Positions 18,771 to 27,080 of a stretch of DNA of 64,000 nucleotides are shown here, in pieces (within the stretch, counting starts at the first letter, position 1; each line of letters starts with the position of its first letter). The notes below the pieces were generated by a model. That model saw only the letters and a list, made by a program, of their open reading frames with translations, was not told where the DNA came from and ran no database searches. The translations under genes were made by a program, and so were the position numbers. This DNA comes from an uncultured Gammaproteobacteria bacterium (GTDB lineage: Bacteria; Patescibacteriota; Patescibacteriia; Magasanikbacterales; UBA922). The stretch covers positions 86,771 through 150,770 of the forward strand of contig CAYFPJ010000001.1 of the NCBI GenBank assembly GCA_964344965.1, read 5' to 3'.

Positions 18771-19901
18771 ATGTATCATATTCTGCTATATATCAAATAT
18801 ATGCCAAAAACATTCAATCCAACAACTCCATATACACCTCCCACGCTTCCTCCCAAAGATATCAAGGCAATTGAGGCAGCATTAAGCGAACAGATCATGG
18901 AGGCGCGTATAGCCCTCGCTGAACTCAAAGGGTTTAGTGTGGCTGTGCCCAACCCATTATTACTTTTGTCTCCCGCCATCTTGCGTGAATCATTGGCCAG
19001 TTCTGAAATTGAGAATATTCACACAACGTTGATTGATGTCTTGGAAAACCAGTTGTTTCCTGAACGGGAGCAGCGAGAAAAAGACAAAGAAGTTTTGCGT
19101 TATCGTGATGCTATTCTTTGGGGCTTCGAACAAGTAGAAAAATTGGCTGTCTCAACCAGATTGATTCATGGAGTGCATCACAAATTGATGCCTACCATAC
19201 ACAGAGGTTATCGCTCACAGCAAAATACTATTGCTGATGGAGCAGGTCGAGCAATATATACCCCACCTACTGTACCCGTAATGAAAGAGTGTATGAGCGC
19301 ATGGGAAACGTTTGTGAATGATGACAAGCAATCAGTTGATCCTTTGGTAAAAGCCATTCTTGGGCATTATCAATTTGAATCAATCCATCCGTTTCCTGAT
19401 GGAAATGGCAGAACAGGACGTATTTTAATGATTTTAGAATTGATCCAAGATCGAATTCTTATCTGGCCAATTTTGTATATCAGCGGCTACATCAACACGC
19501 ATAAGAGGGAGTATTACTCGTCCCTTATCAATGTAACTAAGAAAAATGACTGGATAAGCTATATTCGTTTTATGTTGGTTGGATTTGCTGACCAAGCAAA
19601 AGAAACCAAAGATGTATTGCAATCTATTATGACGCTCTTTGATGCGTACAAAAAAGAATTAAAGGAAAAGAAAACACGGGTGTATTCCGCTGATTTGGTA
19701 GAGTCGCTATTTACATATCCAATTATCACCCCCACAAAATTGAGTGAGTCTCTCAATATCCATTATACTACTGCCACGAGACATCTTGAGGTACTCAAGA
19801 AGTTAACACTCTTGGAGGAGAAGAAAGTTGGAAAGTACCGATTTTTTATCAATGTCAAATTACTTGAGGTATTATCCCCGAAGAAAGCAAAGAAGAATTG
19901 A
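18771..19901 (+). CDS. Fic/Doc family protein (putative AMP-transferase) with N-terminal inhibitory SxxxEN motif
   Basis: Canonical Fic motif HPFPDGNGRTGR. SSEIEN matches the [ST]xxxE[GN] inhibitory helix of class II Fic proteins. The C-terminus is wHTH-like. Confidence 0.8.
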   Translation: MYHILLYIKYMPKTFNPTTPYTPPTLPPKDIKAIEAALSEQIMEARIALAELKGFSVAVPNPLLLLSPAILRESLASSEIENIHTTLIDVLENQLFPEREQREKDKEVLRYRDAILWGFEQVEKLAVSTRLIHGVHHKLMPTIHRGYRSQQNTIADGAGRAIYTPPTVPVMKECMSAWETFVNDDKQSVDPLVKAILGHYQFESIHPFPDGNGRTGRILMILELIQDRILIWPILYISGYINTHKREYYSSLINVTKKNDWISYIRFMLVGFADQAKETKDVLQSIMTLFDAYKKELKEKKTRVYSADLVESLFTYPIITPTKLSESLNIHYTTATRHLEVLKKLTLLEEKKVGKYRFFINVKLLEVLSPKKAKKN

Positions 19902-20079
19902 TATTTTTTGAAAAAACACGTACACGTATTTCCATTCCAGATCATTCATCTAACCAAACCCGGAAGATAAAAATTGGCTCCACAGCCGCATTTCTTCCAC
20001 AAAAAGGTTCCAATGGTCAGTGGAGTGGTCTACACGGTAGACACCAATGTATGATGTACTTTAAGTGTATTTGAGAACA

Positions 20080-20107
20080 GAAGGGTTCTCCGCCCAAGGC
20101 GGACCCG
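20080..20107. terminator. GC-rich hairpin CCGCCCAAGGCGG acc CGCCTTGGGCGG abutting the att-like repeat
   Basis: The arms are a perfect reverse complement. Confidence 0.4.
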
Positions 20108-20126
20108 CCTTGGGCGGGGATTCCCC
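20106..20126 (+). repeat. direct repeat of the tRNA-Glu 3' end (putative attR)
   Basis: GGGGATTCCCCTTGGGGCTAC versus tRNA 3' GGGGTTCGATTCCCCTTGGGGCTAC; it differs only by a 4-nt deletion. Confidence 0.6.
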
Positions 20127-20139
20127 TTGGGGCTACTAG

Positions 20140-20442
20140 CTTGCTTGCTTGCTTGACAAATCTATTATAGAATGGTATTATCAAGCTCACCATAGACAGC
20201 AGCCCACCTTCGCTAAGGCTACGGTGGATAAGGCTCGATCCAATCGATGCCAAGTCCCATCTAGACCGAAAGGTGATAATATACCAGACTGCCGAGGTTA
20301 TTTACTCCGAATTTTCCAAATTTTTATAATTTGGTGATCGTAGAGAGGTCGAAAATAACAAGAAGTTCTGTGGTCAAACCACAGTTTTTTATTTTATAGC
20401 AATTGTCTATGAACTATTGGCTAAGAACTAAATAAATAAATT
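20140..20442 (+). promoter_or_regulatory. probable ribosomal protein L10 (rplJ) autoregulatory leader
   Basis: A roughly 300-nt structured untranslated region directly upstream of rplJ. The position is conserved for the L10 leader, but the motif itself could not be verified. Confidence 0.35.
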
Positions 20443-20964
20443 ATGGCCAAAACAAAACAAACCAAAGAGCAGGCTGTCCAAGATTTGATCGCTCATCTCA
20501 AGGATTCCAAAGCTGCTGTGTTTGCCAATTTCCAGGGCTTGAAAGTGTCTGAATCAGAAGAGCTACGCGGCATTTGTCGTGAACAAAACGTCAAATATAT
20601 CGCCAGTAAGAAAACTCTCCTGAAAAAGGCTCTCTCAGAATTAGGAATGGAAGTGGATACTAAAGCATTTGAAGGAGCTCCAGCTGTAGTCCTCGGAGTA
20701 GAGGATGAAGTAGCTCCAGCTCAGATCATTGCCAAGTTTGCTAAGGATCACGAGATGGTCAACATCTTTGGCGGAATACTAGAAGGCAATTTGATAGATG
20801 ATGCAAAAGTAAAAGAACTATCTGCTCTACCAAGTAAGCAAGAGCTGCTAGCAAAAGTAGTTGGCTCATTGAACGCTCCAGTCTCTGGATTTGTCAATGT
20901 ACTTGCTGGAAATTTGCGTGGATTAGTTAATGTCCTTAATGCAATTAAAGAAGAAAAAGCTTAA
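20443..20964 (+). CDS. rplJ: 50S ribosomal protein L10
   Basis: 173 aa, with MAKTKQTKEQAVQDLIAHLKDSKAAVFANFQGLKV typical of L10. Confidence 0.9.
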   Translation: MAKTKQTKEQAVQDLIAHLKDSKAAVFANFQGLKVSESEELRGICREQNVKYIASKKTLLKKALSELGMEVDTKAFEGAPAVVLGVEDEVAPAQIIAKFAKDHEMVNIFGGILEGNLIDDAKVKELSALPSKQELLAKVVGSLNAPVSGFVNVLAGNLRGLVNVLNAIKEEKA

Positions 20965-21178
20965 AATGCCACAAAAGCCCGAAAGGCTTGAAAGGTTAAT
21001 GCTTATTAAAAAATTTTAATAAAAAAATATGACAGAAGAAAAAAAAGAGGAGGAAAAAAAGGAAGAAGCTGCAGCTCCGGCTGCTGAAGCAGAAAAACCT
21101 GCTGCTGAGGAAAAGGCAGAAGACAAGGAAGTGGAAGTACCAGCTAAATTTAAGTCTCTTGTAGAAGAGGTTGAAAAA

Positions 21179-21520
21179 ATGTCTGTACTTGATCTAGCTG
21201 AACTAGTGAAGATCTTGGAAGACAAATTTGGTGTATCAGCTGCTGCTCCTGCCATGATGATGGCTGGCACTGCTGCTGGTGGAGACGCTGGAGCTGGAGC
21301 AGAAGAAAAGACAGAATTCACTGTTGAGCTTACTGATGCTGGTAGCAGCAAGATCGCTGTCATCAAAGCTGTCAAAGCAGCTACCGGTCTAGGTTTGGCT
21401 GATGCCAAAGCTCTAGTAGATGGTGCTCCAAAAGCAATTAAAGAAAATGTAGCCAAAGCTGAAGCCGAGGAGCTCAAGAAGCAAATCGAAGAAGCTGGTG
21501 GTAAAGTTGAATTGAAATAA
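21179..21520 (+). CDS. rplL: 50S ribosomal protein L7/L12
   Basis: [19 protein letters not shown] dimerisation domain, an Ala-rich hinge and a conserved CTD. A GAGG SD lies 8 nt before the ATG at 21179. The longer ORF from 21029 would add a KE-rich extension with no SD. Confidence 0.8.
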   Translation: MSVLDLAELVKILEDKFGVSAAAPAMMMAGTAAGGDAGAGAEEKTEFTVELTDAGSSKIAVIKAVKAATGLGLADAKALVDGAPKAIKENVAKAEAEELKKQIEEAGGKVELK

Positions 21521-21554
21521 TGCAAATAGCACGAATTTTGATACGAATCAATAC

Positions 21555-21586
21555 GAATTTAAAATCAGCCGTGAAAGCGGCTGATT
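21555..21586 (+). terminator. rho-independent terminator after rplL
   Basis: atcagccg tgaa agcggctgat hairpin followed by a T-run. Confidence 0.65.
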
Positions 21587-21604
21587 TTTGTTTTTAATAG
21601 AAAT

Positions 21605-21685
21605 TGTCATCCTGAGCGCAGCGAAGGATCTTTCTTGTAGAGGACTTCTTCCTTACTAAAGATCCTTCGCTGCGCTCAGGATGAC
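21605..21685. repeat. family B palindromic element, full copy
   Basis: GTCATCCTGAGCGCAGCGAAGGATCTTT ... AAAGATCCTTCGCTGCGCTCAGGATGAC. Confidence 0.7.
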
Positions 21686-21696
21686 ATACGATTTAT

Positions 21697-23943
21697 TTAT
21701 ATTCCAAAAGAGTATATTTTGTTACTATCTAGAATATAGATAGTACCCCCTGCTTCATCCACTATCATTCCGGTCGGATTTTGCCATTCCTCGGCAGTGT
21801 ACTGATTTAGTAGCTTTCCTTCTTTATTTAGTACTACTACACGTTTTCCAGATGGCTCAAGGATATAAATATTTTCGACATCATTGTATGTCCAGAGTAT
21901 AGTTGGGTTGGCAAGTTTTGGGTCTAGTCCTGTGATATTGAATTCTTCTTTTTCTCCACTCACAAATTTGAAAATTTCTCCATCGGCTTTCAAAACAAAG
22001 ATGTCACCATCAACCGCCAGGGAAGTGGCGTCGCTTACGTCCGCCCCTTCTGTCTTTATCCATGAGCTACCTTTGTCATAACCAGTCTTAGTTTTGTTGT
22101 GTTTATATATCTGATTGCCGTCTCTGTCTACTGCGTATAGGCGTAAATTGTACACAAATATATCAGCAATATCCACCTTTTCACTGGGATAGTTTATGTC
22201 ATTCTTTGATAATGTTTTTGTCTCTTTGTTGTAGTCAGAAACGTGTTGACTGTCTGATAAAAACACTATCTTGTCTTGTTCTTTTGGAGTGGATGCTGAT
22301 GCTATGTTTGGTATTATGTCGTGGGAGTGAACTTCACTATTTTGGGTGTCAAGATCAAAATTGTAAAATGATTTATCGTCTGGTCCATAGGCGATCAGAG
22401 TATTGTCGATTCTGGCTATTTTTTGTATGTTTGCTTCAGGGTATTGACTCTGTAGATTTGCCAACAACTTGGGGGACACCACCTCAATATTTCTAAGCTT
22501 AAGGAGGCTTTCTTCAACTAGACTAGAGAATTGTAAGGCAATTTCCTCAGTATTTTTCTTGTTGTCCGGTATTGTGTCAATTAACTTTTGTGCCTCCCTG
22601 AGTAGCGTCAAAGCCTTGCTGCTGTCATTGTATATCATGCTTGCATCAGCTGCTGATATCTTATCTTCAATGGCCTGAATATGATTGATGTAAGCTTGTT
22701 CTCTTATTTTGTTTTCTTCTTTTATTTTTATCCCAGTGATGCTGACAACAAACAGCATGGCCGCCAATATCGTACCAATTAGTAATATTTTACTAAAAAA
22801 AGGTAGATTTTTTAGGTACTGCCCAATATTGTGACCTGTGTTTTTGAATGACTGAATGGACTCCTTTCTACTATTATTTTTATTAGTAATTAGAATAAAA
22901 AGCATGATAAATATTTTTCCAATTACAATTGCTATTTTTTTTATTATATTTATCAAGCCTATACAGCTTTGTACTAAGGCTCTACCTACGCTTACTAGGA
23001 TTGTGCTTTTTAAGGACTGTATTTCTTCGTCTCGTCTTGGTCTATAATTACTTTCTTTTATATTATCTCTGACTATCCTTCTCCTTTTTTTTGAAGATTT
23101 TTTTGAAGAAGATTTTTGTTTTTTGTCTTTTTTTATTTTCTTTTTTAGACTGCCAAATAGGGGAGGGGAAAGAGTCTCAGCTGTATCTCTCTCTGATTGG
23201 AGTAGCTGATCAAGGGATTCGGCTGAGCTTTGATCTGTTCTGCTTGAAAGTGAGTTGTTGGTTGTTTGCAATCCTTCTTTTTGTGCCAAATATTTGCATA
23301 AGATACCTCCAAAAGAAGATTTGTCATGGAGATTTCTCAGGACTTTTTCTATGTGAGATACGCTTTGTTGGATATTTCTAGACCCAATTATTTTTTGGAG
23401 TCTGTCGTATGAAAAGTGGTCGGCAACCTGAGGGGTCATGAGAAATATTTTGTCCTCTGGGTTTATGTTTCCTTCAATTACAGAAGAAAATAGTGTGGCA
23501 CCATCCTCCTCATCAGTGTGCTCATCCAAAATATTGAAAGTATTTGTGTGGTTTTTTTGTTTATAAAATAATATGGCATGAGGGGTACCATGATAACTTA
23601 TTGATATGTTGTCTTTTTTTACCACTGCAACTAGACAGTGGATGGAAACTTTTTTGTCGAGAATTCCTGAATTTTTACGATTGATATACTCTAAGGTCAG
23701 CTCAAATGGACTTTTTTCTCCGTCTTGGTTTGCTGTATCATAGTACCCAGCTTCTATATCATCAATGATTTCTTGCATTTGCTCTATGTGCTCTATTGAT
23801 CCATTATTGATTTCACAAAGTGCCAAAAAATATCCCTTCTCAGACTCTTCTTCTGTCGAGGGTTCTGTAATGTGGAGGAGGACATGTGAGGATTTCTGGT
23901 CATTTCCTTCAACAAAAAATTCTCGTATATCTACGTTATGCAT
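21697..23943 (-). CDS. hypothetical membrane protein: N-terminal degenerate PP2C/SpoIIE-like domain, TM segment, KR-rich linker, C-terminal beta-propeller-like repeats
   Basis: 748-aa ORF. The N-terminus loosely resembles the PPM fold (IHCLVAVV...LMTPQV) but lacks DGHGG. There is one hydrophobic stretch near residue 380. Confidence 0.45.
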   Translation of the reverse strand: MHNVDIREFFVEGNDQKSSHVLLHITEPSTEEESEKGYFLALCEINNGSIEHIEQMQEIIDDIEAGYYDTANQDGEKSPFELTLEYINRKNSGILDKKVSIHCLVAVVKKDNISISYHGTPHAILFYKQKNHTNTFNILDEHTDEEDGATLFSSVIEGNINPEDKIFLMTPQVADHFSYDRLQKIIGSRNIQQSVSHIEKVLRNLHDKSSFGGILCKYLAQKEGLQTTNNSLSSRTDQSSAESLDQLLQSERDTAETLSPPLFGSLKKKIKKDKKQKSSSKKSSKKRRRIVRDNIKESNYRPRRDEEIQSLKSTILVSVGRALVQSCIGLINIIKKIAIVIGKIFIMLFILITNKNNSRKESIQSFKNTGHNIGQYLKNLPFFSKILLIGTILAAMLFVVSITGIKIKEENKIREQAYINHIQAIEDKISAADASMIYNDSSKALTLLREAQKLIDTIPDNKKNTEEIALQFSSLVEESLLKLRNIEVVSPKLLANLQSQYPEANIQKIARIDNTLIAYGPDDKSFYNFDLDTQNSEVHSHDIIPNIASASTPKEQDKIVFLSDSQHVSDYNKETKTLSKNDINYPSEKVDIADIFVYNLRLYAVDRDGNQIYKHNKTKTGYDKGSSWIKTEGADVSDATSLAVDGDIFVLKADGEIFKFVSGEKEEFNITGLDPKLANPTILWTYNDVENIYILEPSGKRVVVLNKEGKLLNQYTAEEWQNPTGMIVDEAGGTIYILDSNKIYSFGI

Positions 23944-24092
23944 ATGGGATATTACCTTTGACTTTTGATATTGAGGGTATTATACTATAGATTATTATCG
24001 CTTGGCAATGAGGCAATATAATTTTAGTCAACCTATTTTGCAATTTTCAATATTTAGAATTTAGAATTTAGAATTTTTGATTTATCAAACAT

Positions 24093-24689
24093 ATGCTTGA
24101 ACACTTATTTGGTTCAAAGACTCGTTTTCGAATGCTTCGTCTTTTTTTTAGAGACTCTACCCAATCTTTTTATGTCCGTGAGTTGGCGCGCATGATAGAT
24201 GTTCAGATTAATGCTGTCAGAAGGGAATTGGAACTACTTATTAGAGCTACTCTTGTCATGGAGGTGACCGCCCCAGGTAATATAAATAAGAAGAAAGCAG
24301 GAGCAGGACTACGAAAATATTATACTATCAACACGGCCTCTCTGCTTTTCCCAGAAATGCAAGCCTTGCTTGTGAAAGCTCAAATGTTGGGTGAGCAGGA
24401 GTTTATCAATACAATCAGAGAAAAGTCAGGCGATATAAAATTACTATTACTTACTGGGCAGTTTGTCGGTAACTCTGAAGTGCAGAGTGATATGCTTGTC
24501 ATTGGTAAAATAAAAGAGAGGACTTTTTCTAAATTGATTACAGAGTATGAAAAGGAGGTAGGATTTGATATTCGCTATACTACGATGACTCCAGAGGAAT
24601 TTTTTGAGCGTCGGCAGATGATGGACAAGTTTATATTTTCTTTGTTTGAATCCAAAGGTGTGGTGGTGGTGAATGAATTGGGGGTATAG
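24093..24689 (+). CDS. hypothetical protein with N-terminal winged-HTH (ArsR-like)
   Basis: LFGSKTRFRMLRLF...VRELARMIDVQINAVRRELELL. Confidence 0.45.
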   Translation: MLEHLFGSKTRFRMLRLFFRDSTQSFYVRELARMIDVQINAVRRELELLIRATLVMEVTAPGNINKKKAGAGLRKYYTINTASLLFPEMQALLVKAQMLGEQEFINTIREKSGDIKLLLLTGQFVGNSEVQSDMLVIGKIKERTFSKLITEYEKEVGFDIRYTTMTPEEFFERRQMMDKFIFSLFESKGVVVVNELGV

Positions 24690-24690
24690 G

Positions 24691-24860
24691 ATAATTTACA
24701 ATTTATAATTTTCAATTTAAAAACAATTTTTAATTTATAAATTTATAATGTTACAAATTTGTCGCTCACTTCGACGAGTTATGTTTTGTGGGTTTTATAA
24801 ATTTAAAATTGAGTCATTAGAAATTGTTTAAAAATTTCAAATTGAAAATTATAAATTTTT
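24691..24860. repeat. family F AT-rich MITE-like element (TIR AATTTACAATTTGAAATTTTTAAACAATTT / AAATTGTTTAAAAATTTCAAATTG...)
   Basis: About 30-bp terminal inverted repeats. Copies lie at 26918-27080, 32616-32776 and 46978-47260. Confidence 0.65.
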
Positions 24861-24864
24861 TACC

Positions 24865-25251
24865 ATGTATTTACTTATCAACATGTCAGAGAAGGACCAA
24901 ATTCATTTGGCTCTTTTTGATGAACAAAATAGAGAAGACAAGACCTACGAAGGTCGCAATCGAGAACTTCTAGCTTCGATTGATGATTTTTTGAGTACCA
25001 AAAATTTGAACAAAGAAAGTGTTCGAGGGATAATGGTCGTAGTGGGAGCTGGCAGTTTCACAAGTACCAGAATCGTGTGTGTGGTCGCCAATACTTTTGC
25101 ATACGTTCGGCAGATTCCACTTTTGGCTATTTCAGTGGAAGACTTTGATAATATTCAAGATTTGATTCCTAAGCTGTTACAACAGAAACCAGGTAATTAC
25201 ATTTCAGCAGAATATAGTGGGGAGCCGAATTTGGGTAATAAAAAGGAGTAA
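24865..25251 (+). CDS. tsaB: TsaB/YeaZ-like protein, N-terminal domain only (tRNA t6A biosynthesis partner)
   Basis: IMVVVGAGSFTSTRIVCVVANTFA matches the TsaB GPGSFTGLRIG region. It is 128 aa, so truncated relative to canonical TsaB. Confidence 0.6.
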   Translation: MYLLINMSEKDQIHLALFDEQNREDKTYEGRNRELLASIDDFLSTKNLNKESVRGIMVVVGAGSFTSTRIVCVVANTFAYVRQIPLLAISVEDFDNIQDLIPKLLQQKPGNYISAEYSGEPNLGNKKE

Positions 25252-25253
25252 AT

Positions 25254-26069
25254 ATGAATGATAAATTATACGCTGATCCTTGGAAAAATATTGCCGAGAA
25301 ATGGGCAAGACTTGGAGAAGGTAATCACCCCTCAGCTCATGATCTCGATCTATATGAAAAGTTTTTTCTAGAAGCAACAGCCGGAATTGTGTCACCTCAA
25401 GCTGTTGTTTTTGGTGCCACACCAGAATTGAGAGATATGCTCGCCAGAAACAATGTCCAGGTCACAGTTCTTGATATTAATGGCAATATGATCGATGCTA
25501 TGGGCTCATACATGAAAGAGAGCCATAGTACGGAAACAAAAGTGGAGGGAAATTGGCTTTCGCCTCCATTTGATGGTCAGTCATTTCATGTGGTGTTTGG
25601 AGATCAAATAAAGTGTAATGTTGCATTTGAAGATTTGGGTCAGCTTTATAGAGAGATTGCTCGTGTGCTTGTACCAGGAGGCTACCATATTACTCGTCTG
25701 ACTAGTCGTCATTCCCATACAAAAATATTTGATGTGGAAGAACTGATAGATATGTACCGTGACAAACCTCCTACAAAACAAACTATTACAGAGTTGTGGA
25801 ATTGGCTTATTTTCCAAACTCACAATAATCCTGATTCTTCGTCAGATAGAATGCTTGATATTCTGGCAAATCATGCTAGTGACCCGGTCATCAATGAATA
25901 TTATCAGCAAATACGAGATATCATTCCGAGAGGAAAGGTATGGACAGTGGGACGATCATGGGAAGAAGAAAGACAAAAGATCGAGAAGTATTTTGAGATT
26001 GAGGACCAAGTACAAGACGATACACTTTTTGCTGATTCTACTTACCTTTATAAGATGAGAAAAAAATAG
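25254..26069 (+). CDS. putative class I SAM-dependent methyltransferase-fold protein
   Basis: A weak motif I (VVFGATPE), an acidic post-I residue (VTVLDIN) and LVPGGYHI. The assignment is tentative. Confidence 0.4.
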   Translation: MNDKLYADPWKNIAEKWARLGEGNHPSAHDLDLYEKFFLEATAGIVSPQAVVFGATPELRDMLARNNVQVTVLDINGNMIDAMGSYMKESHSTETKVEGNWLSPPFDGQSFHVVFGDQIKCNVAFEDLGQLYREIARVLVPGGYHITRLTSRHSHTKIFDVEELIDMYRDKPPTKQTITELWNWLIFQTHNNPDSSSDRMLDILANHASDPVINEYYQQIRDIIPRGKVWTVGRSWEEERQKIEKYFEIEDQVQDDTLFADSTYLYKMRKK

Positions 26070-26133
26070 AGTAATTGACAAAATATGCCAACATGAGGTA
26101 TTGTATATTTATTACTAAGTAATACACTTAAAT

Positions 26134-26382
26134 ATGCGCAAAACAGCCATCATCACTACATCTTTGCCTCACAGTATGGTCAAAAAAGTCAACAAAGCCG
26201 CCAAAAAGCAGCACATGACTCGCTCTGAATTATTGCGTCAAGCACTAAGACAGTACTTTGAATGGCAAGATGTTGACGAGGCAATTCGTATCGCAGAAGA
26301 AGAGAAAGCGGCTGGAAAATTGAAAACTTTGCCAGAAGGGGGTCTGGCAACCCTAATGGAGGAAGCACATGCAACAAATTAA
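26134..26382 (+). CDS. ribbon-helix-helix (CopG/ParD-like) antitoxin
   Basis: 82 aa; MTRSELLRQALRQYFE is RHH-like. It overlaps the downstream toxin by 14 nt. Confidence 0.6.
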   Translation: MRKTAIITTSLPHSMVKKVNKAAKKQHMTRSELLRQALRQYFEWQDVDEAIRIAEEEKAAGKLKTLPEGGLATLMEEAHATN

Positions 26383-26638
26383 AAACATTCTTTATTCTTC
26401 GCACTTCAAACGTTCACTCAAAAAAATTCCTCTCAAATTAATTTCTATTGTTGAAAAAAGAGAAATTTTGTTTCGAAAAAATTGTTTTGATCATAAACTG
26501 CGAACGCACAAATTGAAAGGTAAAAAACCAGCCCTCTGGTCTTTCTCTGTTACTTCAAGTCACAGAGTTCTGTTTCAATTTATTGATAACGAAACAGTAT
26601 TGTTTATGGAGATTGGCGACCACTCCATTTACAAATAA
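26369..26638 (+). CDS. RelE/YafQ-family mRNA interferase toxin
   Basis: 89 aa, with a C-terminal WSFSVTSSHRVLFQFIDNETVLFMEIGDHSIY RelE/YafQ signature. Confidence 0.6.
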   Translation: MQQIKNILYSSHFKRSLKKIPLKLISIVEKREILFRKNCFDHKLRTHKLKGKKPALWSFSVTSSHRVLFQFIDNETVLFMEIGDHSIYK

Positions 26639-26641
26639 AAT

Positions 26642-26917
26642 ATGAACAACCTCCACCTCACTATCCACGGCCAAGTCCAAGGAGTTTTCTTTCGTCAGAC
26701 AGCTTGTGAAAAGGCAAGTGAGCTTGGCCTGACTGGCTGGGTAAAAAATAATCCAGACGGAACAGTGGAGATCGTGGCTGAAGGCAGGGAGCAAGACTTG
26801 AAAAAATTGTTGGAATGGTGTAAAGAAGGACCGGAGTATGCTCATGTTGAGAGGGTTGTGGAGGAGTGGCGAGATGTGGAGGAGAGGAAGTTTGAGGAGT
26901 TTAGAGTAATGTATTAA
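26642..26917 (+). CDS. acyP: acylphosphatase
   Basis: VQGVFFR...GWVKNNPDGTVEIVAEG signature; 91 aa. Confidence 0.85.
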   Translation: MNNLHLTIHGQVQGVFFRQTACEKASELGLTGWVKNNPDGTVEIVAEGREQDLKKLLEWCKEGPEYAHVERVVEEWRDVEERKFEEFRVMY

Positions 26918-27080
26918 TTTGAAATTTACAATTTGAAATTTTTAAACAATTTTTAATTTATAAATTTATAATGTCACAAATTCACTTTTCACTCCGAAGA
27001 GTTATGTTTTGCAGGTTTTATTAATTTAAAATTCAGTCATTAGAAATTGTTTAAAAATTAAAAATTTCAAATTAAAAATT
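26918..27080. repeat. family F MITE-like element
   Basis: Same TIRs and core (TTATAAATTTATAATGTCACAAATT ... AGTCATTAGAAATTGTTTAAAAATT) as the copy at 24691. Confidence 0.65.

Larger units (their letters stand above)
16380..20126 (+). mobile_element. putative tRNA-Glu-associated genomic islet (PrimPol-helicase plus Fic protein) bounded by tRNA 3'-end repeats; no integrase seen
   Basis: The tRNA-Glu 3' end (GGGGTTCGATTCCCCTTGGGGCTAC) recurs as GGGGATTCCCCTTGGGGCTAC at 20106-20126. A chimeric tRNA remnant lies at 16497-16532. Confidence 0.55.

Noticed and set aside
16380-20126. Calling the islet an intact integrative element or prophage
   Set aside because: No integrase, excisionase, or capsid or terminase genes were found; only att-like repeats and two cargo genes. 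It is described as a putative degraded or satellite islet instead.
21029-21178. Longer rplL start at 21029 giving a 163-aa protein
   Set aside because: No SD before 21029, whereas a strong GAGG precedes the internal ATG at 21179 that yields a canonical-length L7/L12. Kept only as an alternative.
21016-21525. 169-aa minus-strand ORF fully overlapping rplL
   Set aside because: Ala/Ser-rich antisense translation of the GC-rich, Ala-rich rplL codons; classic antisense artefact.
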